Below, one piece after another: positions 14,504 through 30,572 of a DNA stretch of 64,000 nucleotides. Source of the DNA: Eledone cirrhosa (lineage: Eukaryota); contig OZ024745.1 of the NCBI GenBank assembly GCA_964016885.1, positions 87,916,001 to 87,980,000 on the forward strand. Direction: 5' to 3'. The notes under the pieces were generated by a model. The model worked only from the letters and a program-made list of their open reading frames with translations, ran no database searches and was not told the DNA's origin. Within the stretch, counting starts at the first letter, position 1, and each line of letters begins with the position of its first letter. A program made the translations under genes and the position numbers.

Positions 14504-14564
14504 TATATATATATATATATAAATATATATGAAGAAATTAAAAGACGGTTAAAAAAGTTCCATA

Positions 14565-14635
14565 TATTTTATTATGCGCATTTCAAAAACAAATATCATC
14601 CTGGGATGATATTTGCGTTCCCATCAGATAAAATA
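14565..14635 (-). ncRNA. Hammerhead ribozyme in PLE 3' terminus (A9>G variant)
   Basis: Reverse complement: uauuuuau CUGAUGG gaacgcaaauaucauc..gaugauauuuguuuuu GAAA ugcgca UA auaaaaua. Confidence 0.7.
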
Positions 14636-16996
14636 GAGAGACATGACATGAAGCTTAAAAAAACACTTGTGAGTATGATCAATAAATTTAAAAGGATATA
14701 GAAGATTGGAAAAAAGGGAGGAAGAGGAAAAAAGGAAGGAAGAGGAAGAAAGGAAAAAAGGAAAAAAGAAGGAAAGGATAACGGAGGTAGAGTATAAGAA
14801 AGAGGAAGGAGATAGAAAGAGAAAGGAGAGAAAGAGATAGAGAGAGTAAACATTTAAACTGGAAAACGCTGACTCCACAGAGAAATAACTGAAAAAACGG
14901 TTGTAAATTATAAATAAATAAAAAAATAAAAAAAATAAAAAATTAATGAGGTTTATGAATGATGATGTTTATGATTACAGATATAGAAATTAAGTATACT
15001 ATTTATTTAGGGTTTATATATTTAGGGTTTATATAATGAAGGATTTATTAAGATGTGCGAAAAATTAATTAAAATGTTTTATTAAGATAAAATAAAGTAA
15101 AATAAGATAAGGTGAATGAAAATAAAATTAAATGATTTATAAGCTTAGAAGACGATATAGGGTTCTAGTTTGTTTCAATAGATTGTAATAGAAAAAGTTT
15201 GTAATTTACGCCTAGCGGAAAAATTTAACATTATCTCCAATTTTTACTCTATAATAAATAGGGAAGCATCGGAATAAGGAGAAGCGTTGCAAATTTTTCT
15301 CCAAGAAATTTTGTAATTAATGTTTTTGTCTTTTAACGACCAGGTGAGTGCTGAGAGTGCAGTGTTTGTTCTTTTAAGTGGGTATTTAAAAGACGAAGAA
15401 TGGTTATATAATCTTTCCTTAAAGGAAGTAGAAGTAGAGCCAAAGTAGGTATAAGAATTAGTACTAGTTATCACCTTACATTCGTATACTAAATTTTTAT
15501 CGAGACAGTAATTATTAAGAGGACATTTAGTTCAATTAGGGCAATTGCATTTACGATTAATGTTATTAACAGAGTTATTTCAAGTGGCCCAGAATTATTT
15601 ATAGAAGGAATTGTAGTGGAGAAATTACCTACAAGAGGTGCTAATGTTTCCTGATTTAGATTAGTATTAGGAGCATTCAACGAAATTACGTTTGACGTCG
15701 TATTTATATTTAATTATATGTCTAGAGTTTACATAATGTCTAGAGTTTTACATTGAGGTCGGGCCTTATAGTATTATTACTATGACGCTCAGGGTTGGAT
15801 GGATATGATTTATTATTTAATATTTTAGTATTATGTTTTGAGATAATGTTAGAAATGTTGGAAATTCAATTTTTAGGTTATGGTGATTAAATAGATCAAG
15901 TATATTATTCTTGATAATATTAAGGTTTACTAAGTTACAGTTTAAGACAGTAAAAAGGGCATCGTCACGACAAATTCCACCGCGAAGTTGAGGAATTTTC
16001 CGATTTAACAAGTTCAAGATGAAAATTCCAACCGAGTCCGTCAAATGCGCTGAATTCGACGAACCCATGGTGATGTAAAAATTGTTGGAAGTATCAGCTC
16101 TAGTCCAATATTCGTTGTTGAATTCCAGGATAGTTTTTCTAGCGGTGAGAATGATGTTCAATTCATCTGTGGTGATGTCTGAATATTTAAACGCATAAGA
16201 GAGAGCTTTGTTGAGGAGTGAAGGCGAAATAGAAGAATAGTAACTGGCAATGTCAAACTGAATAAATTTTTGTTTGTTTTTATTATTCAGGTCATTGAAC
16301 CAGTCTATTACATCAGATGTACCAAACCATAAATTTAAATTAGAATTAGAGCAGTTAGAAGGAACCTGTGGGATAATTCTATCCAAGATGGATTTACTAA
16401 CAAGCCCCAGATCGGATTTAGAGGGGGCGATTAGTCTTAGAGGAAATTCAGTTCGAAAATTAATTTTGTGATCTTTAAGATTTATCCTCGTAGTTCTTGT
16501 GAAGATGGGTTCGGTCTTTTTCTCGATACCAAGTTTAGAAATAATCTCAAAAGCATCCAAAGTAATAGATTCAATATTCTGATCGTTGGTTTTGCGATAG
16601 TTCTTCCTTAGTTCCTTAAGGATAAGGTTATTATATTTATCTCTAGTTACGCCGTATAAATTATTAGTTTTGTCAGAACGGACTAAAACATTTTTAGAAG
16701 AATTAAGGTCGATAATTTTATTCCTGAGATTGATAAGGTGTTCCTGTCCTCTAAAAGGGATTCTCTTTAATTTAAGTCTTCGTATAATTTTAGTTAGTTC
16801 ATCTTCAAACTGTGCTAGGTTTTTATTGAAAGGAGGATTTCTTCCAGAGTTAAATAAAGAATCAATATTGTTATGTTCCTTAATATAAAATATATATATC
16901 CTTTTAAATTTATATACATTTAAATTTATTTATCATATGTTCATTAGACACTACCTTGCTCACAAGTGTTTTTTTAAGCTTCATATCGTGTCTCCC

Positions 16997-17068
16997 TATT
17001 TTTATCTGATGAGAACGCAAATATCGTCTCAGGATGATATTAGTTTTTGAAATGCGCATAATAAAATA
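16997..17068 (+). ncRNA. Type I hammerhead ribozyme in inverted PLE terminus
   Basis: uauuuuuau CUGAUGA gaac...uuuuu GAAA ugcgca UA auaaaaua; palindromic stem III. Confidence 0.8.
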
Positions 17069-17273
17069 CATGGAACTTTTTTAACAATCTTTTAATTTCT
17101 TCTTATATATACTCCAGTCCAATAAACTGTTGAGTGATACTTATCCGATATTTGCATTGCTTTATTGTGCTACAATAAAACTCACCTCCTACATATATTA
17201 TATATATTATATATATACACATATATATATATATTATATATATATATAATATATATACATATATATATGTATA

Positions 17274-17345
<72 letters not shown>

Positions 17346-17382
17346 TATACATATATATATTATACACACACACACACAAACA

Positions 17383-17446
<64 letters not shown>

Positions 17447-17452
<6 letters not shown>

Positions 17453-18352
17453 GAAACACACAGATACATGCGGACACACACATATATACATGAATGCATC
17501 CGCACCCAACTGTGAGTTAAGGGTGCCAACTTCACCGATGTTGCTCAATGAATGACTGGGACAGACCAATTCAGTTTGAACCAGACTGAACCAGTATCAG
17601 AGTTAAAAATACATTATGAAGAGAGAAGAAACATTTAGATATAATTAGTAATAAAATGTATCATACCTAAACTGTTCCTAAATTCCTCGACTACGTAGTT
17701 TCGTGGCATAAACAAAAACAATATATCAAATATATCTAAATGTTTCTTCTCTCTTCATAATGTATTTTTAACTCTGATACTGGTTCAGTCTGGTTCAAAC
17801 TGAATTGGTCTGTCCCAGTCATTCATTGAGCAACATCGGTGAAGTTGGCACCCTTAACTCACAGTTGGGTGCGGATGCATTCATGTATATATGTGTGTGT
17901 CCGCATGTATCTGTGTGTTTCTAAATATATTAATAACTCCCTCTGGTCGAGCAATCTTTGAAGTGTGGGGACAACTGGAAAGCTTCCATTACTCATACTT
18001 CTCGCCTTCTTCACTACCTCTTCTACGGCCTCGATATGAATACCCCCTCCGCCTCCGTGGTATTTTCTTCGTGGTTATAAGAGGCTTAGCTCTGTTTCTC
18101 GACCGTTATATCGCGTGAATATCTCCCCCTCCGCCTTTTGGGATTCTTTCTCACGTCGTGTAGACGCGTTCTTGAGACTAGTAAAATGAGGTATCCTCTT
18201 GATAAGTCGGCAGACCTCGCAAGGACTCTATAACTTTGATATATTGTTTTTGTTTATGCCACGAAACTACGTAGTCGAGGAATTTAGGAACAGTTTAGGT
18301 ATGATACATTTTATTACTAATTATATCTAAATGTTTCTTCTCTCTTCATAAT

Positions 18353-18355
<3 letters not shown>
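17447..18355 (+). repeat. Retrozyme-like repeat family D: inverted copy plus 591-bp unit with degenerate HHR
   Basis: 17447-17730 is the reverse complement of parts of 17731-18355; tatatctaaatgtttcttctc at 17731 and 18322; HHR-like uccuc UUGAUAA gucggca...ugccac GAAA cuacguag UC gagga at 18194-18281. Confidence 0.8.
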
Positions 18356-18407
<52 letters not shown>

Positions 18408-18856
18408 AGTTATATATTGTAGATGATTATGTGTATATTGTTATTATATTGTTATTTACGTTCGTGTCATAGATTTGTATATGAATGTGTCTCCTCCAAA
18501 ATTACCAAATAGCCAAAACAAACAATCTTGATTTCTCAGGAAATAATGTTGAACTTATTAAAATGTCAGAATTACGTGCCGAATTTGAAGCACGCTTCAA
18601 CTGAAAATACATTAGAGTTTAGAAAAATAAATTGTTTATGATCTAATAAAATTGTCAATATCTTTTTAGCCATGATTTGCTATGCATTTATTGCACCTAA
18701 AAAGTATTTTCAGTACACACATATAAAGAAATGCGCAATAGACAAAAACACAAAATATGATTGCCTACACAAATATACTTACATAAATAATCACTCAAAC
18801 TCTTTTTCTATCACAAACACATACACTCAAAGACACATATATAGAAACACACACAC

Positions 18857-18911
<55 letters not shown>

Positions 18912-18969
18912 ACGTAAAATAAGAAAATTTTAAAAAAATTAAAAAAAAATTAACTTACTTAAATTTTCA

Positions 18970-19049
18970 CTCCAACTAATTAGTTTCTGCAATGGGATAA
19001 AGACAGTTACGTAATGAACTGTTGAGAATTTCATTGCGTCATCAGGGAG
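18970..19049 (-). ncRNA. Type I hammerhead ribozyme (family E, inverted copy)
   Basis: Reverse complement: cucc CUGAUGA cgcaaug...cauugca GAAA cuaauuag UU ggag. Confidence 0.8.
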
Positions 19050-19642
19050 ATCTATTCTCAGCCAAGTCTCCAGGCAATGCGCGGACACTGGGGACTCATA
19101 TAAAAATAATAATAATTCGGTAAATGGAACAGCTATCGAGGACTGGATTCCAGACACTGAAAATTCTCACTGCCGCTGGTCATATGGCCGATTCTAAAGA
19201 ATCAATCACGTGACACAATTTTCTTATTTTACGTCTTTTATATTATTGTTCTGCATCCTCCTGCATTGAACCACCTAGGTACTATGACATAACCTGTGTA
19301 TTTGCTGGCATTAGCGTACATCTGTGCGCTTATGTTAGTAGATATATTAAATTATCTATATTTATCTCCAAATCACTGATTTGTCGAGCAAACCTGCCAA
19401 AACCACTTCTAAATTTTTGGGGGGTGTTAGTAGGCGTCTGTCATCTTACCATCCCATTCCTACTGACTAGCCTCTGTGTCACGTGATTGATTCTTTAGAA
19501 TCGGCCATATGACCAGCGGCAGTGAGAATTTTCAGTGCATGGAATCCAGTCCTCGATAGCTGTTCCATTTACCGAATTATTATTATTTTTATATGAGTCC
19601 CCAGTGTCCGCGCATTGCTTGGAGACTTGGCTGAGAATAGAT

Positions 19643-19722
19643 CTCCCTGATGACGCAATGAAATTCTCAACAGTTCATTACGTAACTGTCTTTATCCCAT
19701 TGCAGAAACTAATTAGTTGGAG
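19643..19722 (+). ncRNA. Type I hammerhead ribozyme (family E, unit 1, intact core)
   Basis: cucc CUGAUGA cgcaaug [acaguu/aacugu hairpin] cauugca GAAA cuaauuag UU ggag. Confidence 0.85.
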
Positions 19723-20188
19723 TGAACATTTAATTAAGTTAATTTTTTAAAAATGTTTTTAAAATTTTCTTATTTTACGTCTTTTATATTATTGTTCTGC
19801 ATCCTCCTGCATTGAACCACCTAGGTACTATGACATAACCTGTGTATTTGCTGGCATTAGTGTACATCTGTGCGCTTATGTTAGTAGATATATTAAATTA
19901 TCTATATTTATCTCCAAATCACTGATTTGTCGAGCAAACCAACCAAAACCACTTCTAAATTTTTGGGGGGTGTTAGTAGGCGTCTGTCATCTTACCATCC
20001 CATTCCTACTGACTAGCCTCTGTGTCACGTGATTGATTCTTTAGAATCGGCCATATGACCAGCGGCAGTGAGAATTTTCAGTGCCTGGAATCCAGTCCTC
20101 GATAGCTGTTCCATTTACCGAATTATTATTATTTTTATATGAGTCCCCAGTTTCCGCGCATTGCCTGGAGACTTGGCTGAGAATAGAT

Positions 20189-20268
20189 CTCCCTGATGAC
20201 GCAATGAAATTCTCAACAGTTCATTACGTAACTGTCTTTATCCCATTGCAGGAACTAATTAGTTGGAG
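20189..20268 (+). ncRNA. Hammerhead ribozyme (family E, unit 2; GAAA>GGAA, probably inactive)
   Basis: Same fold, but cattgcaGGAActaattag. Confidence 0.7.
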
Positions 20269-20735
20269 TGAAAATTTAAGTAAGTTAATTTTTTTTTTAT
20301 TTTTTTTTTAATTTTCTTATTTTACGTCTTTTATATTATTGTTCTGCATCCTCCTGCATTGAACCACCTAGGTACTATGACATAACCTGTGTATTTGTTG
20401 GCATTAGCGTACATCTGTGCGCTTATCTTAGTAGATATATTAAATTATCTATATTTATCTCCAAATCACTGATTTGTCGAGCAAACCTGCCAAAACCACT
20501 TCTAAATTTTTGGGGGGTGTTAGTAGGCGTCTGTCATCTTACCATCCCATTCCTACTGACTAGCCTCTGTGTCACGTGATTGATTCTTTAGAATCGGCCA
20601 TATGACAAGCGGCAGTGAGAATTTTCAGTGCCTGGAATACAGTCCTCGATAGCTGTTCCAGTTACCGAATTATTATTATTTTTATATGAGTCCCCAGTGT
20701 CCGCGCATTGCTTGGAGACTTGGCTGAGAATAGAT

Positions 20736-20815
20736 CTCCCTGATGACGCAATGAAATTCTCAACAGTTCATTACGTAACTGTCTTTATCCCATTGCAGAA
20801 ACTAATTAGTTGGAG
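20736..20815 (+). ncRNA. Type I hammerhead ribozyme (family E, unit 3, intact core)
   Basis: Core identical to unit 1. Confidence 0.85.
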
Positions 20816-21281
20816 TGAACATTTAATTAAGTTAATTTTTTTTAAATGTTTTTAAAATTTTCTTATTTTACGTCTTTTATATTATTGTTCTGCATCCTCC
20901 TGCATTGAACCACCTAGGTACTATGACATAACCTGTGTATTTGCTGGCATTAGTGTACATCTGTGCGCTTATGTTAGTAGATATATTAAATTATCTATAT
21001 TTATCTCCAAATCACTGATTTGTCGAGCAAACCAACCAAAACCACTTCTAAATTTTTGGGGGGTGTTAGTAGGCGTCTGTCATCTTACCATCCCATTCCT
21101 ACTGACTAGCCTCTGTGTCACGTGATTGATTCTTTAGAATCGGCCATATGACCAGCGGCAGTGAGAATTTTCAGTGCCTGGAATCCAGTCCTCGATAGCT
21201 GTTCCATTTACCGAATTATTATTATTTTTATATGAGTCCCCAGTTTCCGCGCATTGCCTGGAGACTTGGCTGAGAATAGAT

Positions 21282-21361
21282 CTCCCTGATGACGCAATGA
21301 AATTCTCAACGGTTCATTACGTAACTGTCTTTATCCCATTGCAGGAACTAATTAGTTGGAG
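21282..21361 (+). ncRNA. Hammerhead ribozyme (family E, unit 4; GAAA>GGAA, probably inactive)
   Basis: cattgcaGGAActaattag. Confidence 0.7.
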
Positions 21362-21829
21362 TGAAAATTTAAGTAAGTTAATTTTTTTTTTATTTTTTTT
21401 TAAATTTTCTTATTTTACGTCTTTTATATTATTGTTCTGCATCCTCCTGCATTGAACCACCTAGGTACTATGACATAACCTGTGTATTTGTTGGCATTAG
21501 AGTACATCTGTGCGCTTATCTTAGTAGATATATTAAATTATCTATATTTATCTCCAAATCACTGATTTGTCGAGCAAACCTGCCAAAACCACTTCTAAAT
21601 TTTTGGGTGGGTGTTAGTAGGCGTCTGTCATCTTACCATCCAATTCCTACTGACTAGCCTCTGTGTCACGTGATTGATTCTTTAAAATCGGCCATATGAC
21701 AAGCGGCAGTGAGAATTTTCAGTGCCTGGAATACAGTCCTCGATAGCTGTTCCAGTTACCGAATTATTATTATTTTTATATGAGTCTCCAGTGTCCGCGC
21801 TTTGCCTGGAGACTTGGCTGAGAATAGAT

Positions 21830-21909
21830 CTCCCTGATGACGCAATGAAATTCTCAACAGTTCATTACGTAACTGTCTTTATCCCATTGCAGAAACTAAT
21901 TAGTTGGAG
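21830..21909 (+). ncRNA. Type I hammerhead ribozyme (family E, unit 5, intact core)
   Basis: Core identical to unit 1. Confidence 0.85.
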
Positions 21910-22094
21910 TGAAAATTTAAGTAAGTAAGATAATTTAAAAAAAATTTTTTTTTAAATTTTCTTATTTTACGTCTTTTATATTATTGTTCTGCATCCTCCT
22001 GCATTGAACCACCTAGGTACTATGACATAACCTGTGTATTTGCTGGCATTAGCGTACATCTGTGCGTTTATGTTAGTAGATAAATTAAATTATC

Positions 22095-22155
<61 letters not shown>

Positions 22156-22174
22156 GTATTAATATTTGTATTAA

Positions 22175-22212
<38 letters not shown>

Positions 22213-22388
22213 TACTGCTGGCTTAGTTCGGATCAAGCTGTCGAAACGGCCGGAGCTCAACCGTCGGGGTCATGACACTTTTCCCTATTACCCACTAAGT
22301 GTCGAGTACTCTGGTGCGTTATCGTCCATCTGGTATATTACCACACCTTTGATATATATATATATCGTTTACGTTATGTAAATATCAC

Positions 22389-22454
<66 letters not shown>

Positions 22455-22466
22455 TTATGTAAATAT

Positions 22467-22540
<74 letters not shown>

Positions 22541-23133
22541 AATATAAGTTAGCGAGAATCGCATTTCAGCTATTGGAAATTAACGAAAAACAACTTCCGA
22601 GATGTGTGGCAAGCGCTCCATAGAAAAGAGTGAACTAGAGCAACAATATTCGTTAAAGGGCCATACACCCGGAGACAATCGTTAAACCATTATCCTCTGT
22701 GCCATAGAAACGACCAAGCTATTCGGGTCAAACAAATAATAAAATATGATTGAAAATTATACACGGACCCCTAGAAACGGTAGTAAAATCCAATATGAGG
22801 TTTCTGCAACTCCTAAATCATGTACTGTCTGCTTAAACAAATGATATTAAGCTTTTGGTATGATGATCGAACAAGGAAGTAACTTTTTCAACAGGCATTT
22901 AGTTCTATGCAAAGCTAAGGAACTGACCGTTTTCTGTACCCACGTGGGGGTTAGAAGGGAGACAACCCCTAGACTTGGCGGATGAATTCAGAATGTGTGG
23001 TTATTCCCAAATTGCAAAATATCACAAAACCAACTAAGCTCTCGTCAGATTAGTTTTTAAAATTAACATAAGCTATCAATCAGTCAATAGAATTAACTAA
23101 AATAATCAAAAAAAGTAACTGGTTAATAGCTAT

Positions 23134-23167
<34 letters not shown>

Positions 23168-23187
23168 CGTTTACGTTGTGTAAATAC

Positions 23188-23294
<107 letters not shown>

Positions 23295-23457
23295 GAGAAA
23301 GATTTCTACCGATACTCCGGCCAAATTCCAACTCACTCAACAAACATTAGTAAATAAGTGATTATATTCCCAATTATGCGTTCGGGGTGCTAACTAAAAG
23401 TATTGCGTGGAAAATTAGCTGTATTATTTCATATGAGACATATCTAATATATCTCTT

Positions 23458-23585
23458 CCCAGACAGACGTTCTCATTTCATTATAGGATTCCTACAATTT
23501 GGTTGAAATTATACCAATTTATGTAGGAGCTTGTATACCATCAGTAGATATATATTCAAGTGGGCTCCTATAATTCGTCAGTGGG
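23458..23585 (-). ncRNA. Type I hammerhead ribozyme (family F)
   Basis: Reverse complement: ccca CUGACGA auuauagga...uccuauaau GAAA ugagaacgucug UC uggg. Confidence 0.75.
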
Positions 23586-24018
23586 TGCCCCAATAATACT
23601 AATATTGATAATCTAACCAACATCAGCATTTAGCGATAATCACTTTCTGTGCCTGAGGTATTTGACAGGTTGCCAGTCCAGCAGTTCTAAAGAAGTGCTC
23701 AAACTGATTCAAAAAATGAGGAAGTGAATTACCGCCAAAAAAAACAATACATGCGCGTGACAATGAAGAACTCAATATATATATATATATATAAACATAT
23801 ATATTTCGTTTCTGAACTTGTTTAGCAGGATTCTTTATCTGAAATCGTGTGTTGAAACCGATATTGTTATACTTTGGGAGGGTCATGTTGCCAATAAGAA
23901 ACACACGTACCAGTTGCTTTCACTTCAATTTATTATAATAAATTTATAATAAATTTATAAATTTATAAATTTCTGGTTGGTTGGTTGGTTCCACAACCAG
24001 ATAGTTGTTTATATATTG

Positions 24019-24059
24019 TCATAGTTCTTTCGTCACACACTATGTGACCTCTTCAGTGA
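24019..24059 (-). ncRNA. Minimal hammerhead-like motif of PLE terminus (inverted copy)
   Basis: Reverse complement of 28983-29023. Confidence 0.55.
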
Positions 24060-25465
24060 TTGGGGATTCCTTTCTTTGTTTTTGTGCCTCTCCTTTGTTC
24101 TGTCCTACGCCATTTTGTTTCTGTATGTGTGTTGTGTGCTCAGTCTGCTCATGCGCCACATCCGGGTGTCTGTGTGTGTTTATGTTCATTTATTTATTTG
24201 TTTACTTACATGTTACTGGTTGGTAGTTTGTTCTATGTGTGTGTGTGTATTTATTTTCTCCTTAATTGTAAGTTGTGATGTTGCTGTTCCACTCATATTT
24301 TCTATTTAATTTTGGTTGTAATTCTTTTATGTATATTGCCTCTCTGATTTGTCTAAACATTGCGTCTTTTCTGTGTGTAGATTCTATTTTTATTTCTATG
24401 TTCTCTAATTTACCCTTGTGTTCTATTTTAGCATGTTGGTAGAGTACAGATGATTCTTTACTATCTTGAAGGTCTCGCCAGTGTTCTTTTATCCATTCCC
24501 CTACACTACGAGCTGTCTCACCTATGTACACTATATTTTTGTCTCTACATTGTCCTTCAGTACATCTTATGCTATACACTACATTTCTAGTTTTACAGTT
24601 AATATGAGGGCTTATTTTACAGGTTATACATTTCTTATCTATACATGAGGGTCTTTGAAAAGGGTATGTCTTGCTAATAAGTGTTTTTACGGAGGTACCT
24701 GGTCTTTCTACTATCTTAATATTGAGTTTATGTTTATCTAGGGCCCTTCTAAATTTGTATGCTAATTCACCTCTAGGGGTTGTATCGATGAACATTACAC
24801 TCTAGTATTTATTGCTATCATACCATGAGTTTATTCTATTAGCCGTGTTCCTAGTTCTTTCTATTCTATTCCAAATAAATTGAAGTGAAAGCAACTGGTG
24901 CGTGTGTTTCTTATTGGCAACATGACCCTCCCAAAGTATAACAATATCGGTTTCAACACACGACTTCAGATAAAGAATCTTGCTAAACAAATTCAGAAAT
25001 GAAATATCGTAAGCCTTAGCCAAGGCTAACAAGATACTGAAAACCACCATGTTCTGATGTCTACGAAAAACCATAACATCTCGACAACTAAACTTCATAA
25101 AAGAATGTGCCTGGTCCCGGGTTTACACCAACACCATCAACACCGACGTAAGAAGATTACAACTCACCAAAAAACAAGCAGATAGGCTAAAACGAACACT
25201 AATTCTAAACATAAAAAAGAAGATCTATAGAGAATTAAGTCATTAAGAAAAACATAAGCGTAACCTAATACAAGAAATAGCTAGGATCACCACACCAAGA
25301 GAGAAACTAATATTTATAAGCCTTATACGTCCTGAAGAACAGTACATTACTCAAGAATGTGATAAGCACTTTAACAAGAAACTAAAGTGGCTTAAGCAGA
25401 TAAAGCTAAATCAAGATACTGTAGAGAATACCAATAGATATCCCGACAAAATTGACGGTATAAAT

Positions 25466-28780
<3,315 letters not shown>

Positions 28781-28982
28781 GGAGAAAATAAATACACACA
28801 CACACATAGAACAAACAACCAACCAGTAACATGTAAGTAAACAAATAAATAAATGAACATAAACACACACAGACACCCGGATGTGGCGCATGAGCAGACT
28901 GAGCACACAACACACACACAGAAACAAAATGGCGTAGGACAGAACAAAGGAGAGGCACAAAAACAAAGAAAGGAATCCCCAA

Positions 28983-29023
28983 TCACTGAAGAGGTCACAT
29001 AGTGTGTGACGAAAGAACTATGA
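28983..29023 (+). ncRNA. Minimal hammerhead-like motif in PLE 3' terminus
   Basis: uca CUGAAGA g gucaca-uagug-ugugac GAAA gaac UA uga; short stems I and III; a third copy at 33250-33292 has CUGAAGG. Confidence 0.55.
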
Positions 29024-29231
29024 CAATATATAAACAACTATCTGGTTGTGGAACCAACCAACCAACCAACCAGAAATTTATAAATTTATTATAAATTTAT
29101 TATAATAAATTGAAGTGAAAGCAACTGGTGCGTGTGTTTCTTATTGGCAAAATGACCCTCCCAAAGTATAACAATATCGGTTTCAACACACGATTTCAGA
29201 TAAAGAATCTTGCTAAACAAATCCAGAAACG

Positions 29232-29265
<34 letters not shown>

Positions 29266-29480
29266 AGTTCTTAGCACGTAGCCTGAATTCCTTTCAGAGT
29301 TCATTGTCACGCGCATGTATTGTTTTTTTTGGCGGTAATTCACTTCCTCATTTTTTGAATCAGTTTGAGCACTTTTTGAAACTGCTGGACTGGCAACCTG
29401 ACAAATACCTCAGGCACAGAAAGTGATTATCGCTAAATGCTGATGTTGGTTAGATTATCAATATTAGTATTATTGGGGCA

Positions 29481-29607
29481 CCCACTGATGAATTATAGCA
29501 GCCCACTTGAATATATATCTATTGATGGTATACAAGCTCCTACACAAATTGGTATAATTTCACCCAAATTGTAGGAATCCTATAATGAAACGAGACGTCC
29601 GTCTGGG
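29481..29607 (+). ncRNA. Type I hammerhead ribozyme (family F)
   Basis: ccca CUGAUGA auuauag...cuauaau GAAA cg(a)gacguccg UC uggg; palindromic stem III, 7-bp stem II base. Confidence 0.8.
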
Positions 29608-29807
29608 AAGAGATATATTAGATATGTCTCATATGAAATAATACAGCCAATTTTCCACGCAATACTTTTAGTTAGCACCCCGAACGCATAATTGGGAATA
29701 TAATCACTTATTTACTAATGTTTGTTGAGTGAGTTGGAATTTGGCCGAAGTATCGGTAAAAAGCTTTCTCCTATATTGTATTTATATATATATATATATG
29801 GTACAAA

Positions 29808-29849
<42 letters not shown>

Positions 29850-29851
<2 letters not shown>

Positions 29852-30509
29852 TAGCTATTAAACAGTTAATTTTTTTGATTCTTTTAGTTAATTCTATTGA
29901 CTGATTGATAGCTTATGTTAATTTTAAAAACTAATCTGTTGAGAACTTAATTCGTTTTGTGATATTTTGCAATTTGGGAATAACAACACATACTGAATTC
30001 ATCCGCAAAGTCTAGGGGTTGTCCCCCTTCTAACCCCCCACGTGGGTTCAGAAAACGGTCAGTTCCTTGCATAGAACTAAATGCCTGTTGAAAAATAACT
30101 TCCTTGTTCGATCATCATACCAAAAGCTTAATATTATTTGTTTAAGCAGACAGGACCTGATTTAGGAGTTGCAGAAACCTCATATTGGATTTTACCACCA
30201 TTTCCAGTGGTCCGGGTATAATTTTCAATCATATTTATTATTTGTTTGACCCGAATAGCTAGGTCGTTTCAATGGCTCGGCGGATAATTGTTTAACCATC
30301 ATCTCCGTGCGTATGGCCCTTTAACGTATGTTGTTGCTCTAGTTCACACATTTCTATAGAGCGCTTGCCACACATCTCGGAAGTTGGTTTTCGTTAATTT
30401 CCAATAGCCGAAATGCGATTCTCGCTAATTTATATTTGTATATATATATATATGATATTGATGAAACGTAAAGGATATATATATAAATATATATATGATA
30501 TTTACATAA

Positions 30510-30572
<63 letters not shown>

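Larger units (their letters stand above)
14525..17105 (-). mobile_element. Penelope-like element (RT + GIY-YIG, degraded) with inverted about 150-bp termini
   Basis: ORF 15817..16560 has LKDHK, FIQFDIASYYSSI, ITMGS and ICRDD; GIY-YIG at 15244..15474 (YFGST...FKERLYNH); 14525-14673 is the reverse complement of 16958-17105. Confidence 0.9.
18909..22098 (+). repeat. Retrozyme-like tandem array family E: inverted partial unit plus about 5.3 x 547-bp units, one HHR per unit
   Basis: Near-identical units with 546-548 bp period; 18909-19216 is inverted; flanked by (TA)n on both sides. Confidence 0.95.

Noticed and set aside
19535-21928. Repeated 68-93 aa ORFs (MPGIQSSIAV...) in array E
   Set aside because: GTG starts, variable stops and no recognisable domain; conservation is explained by unit identity. 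Not called as CDS.
18909-22098. CRISPR array or 5S/snRNA tandem gene cluster
   Set aside because: No unique spacers and no recognisable 5S, U-snRNA or tRNA sequence; eukaryotic context.
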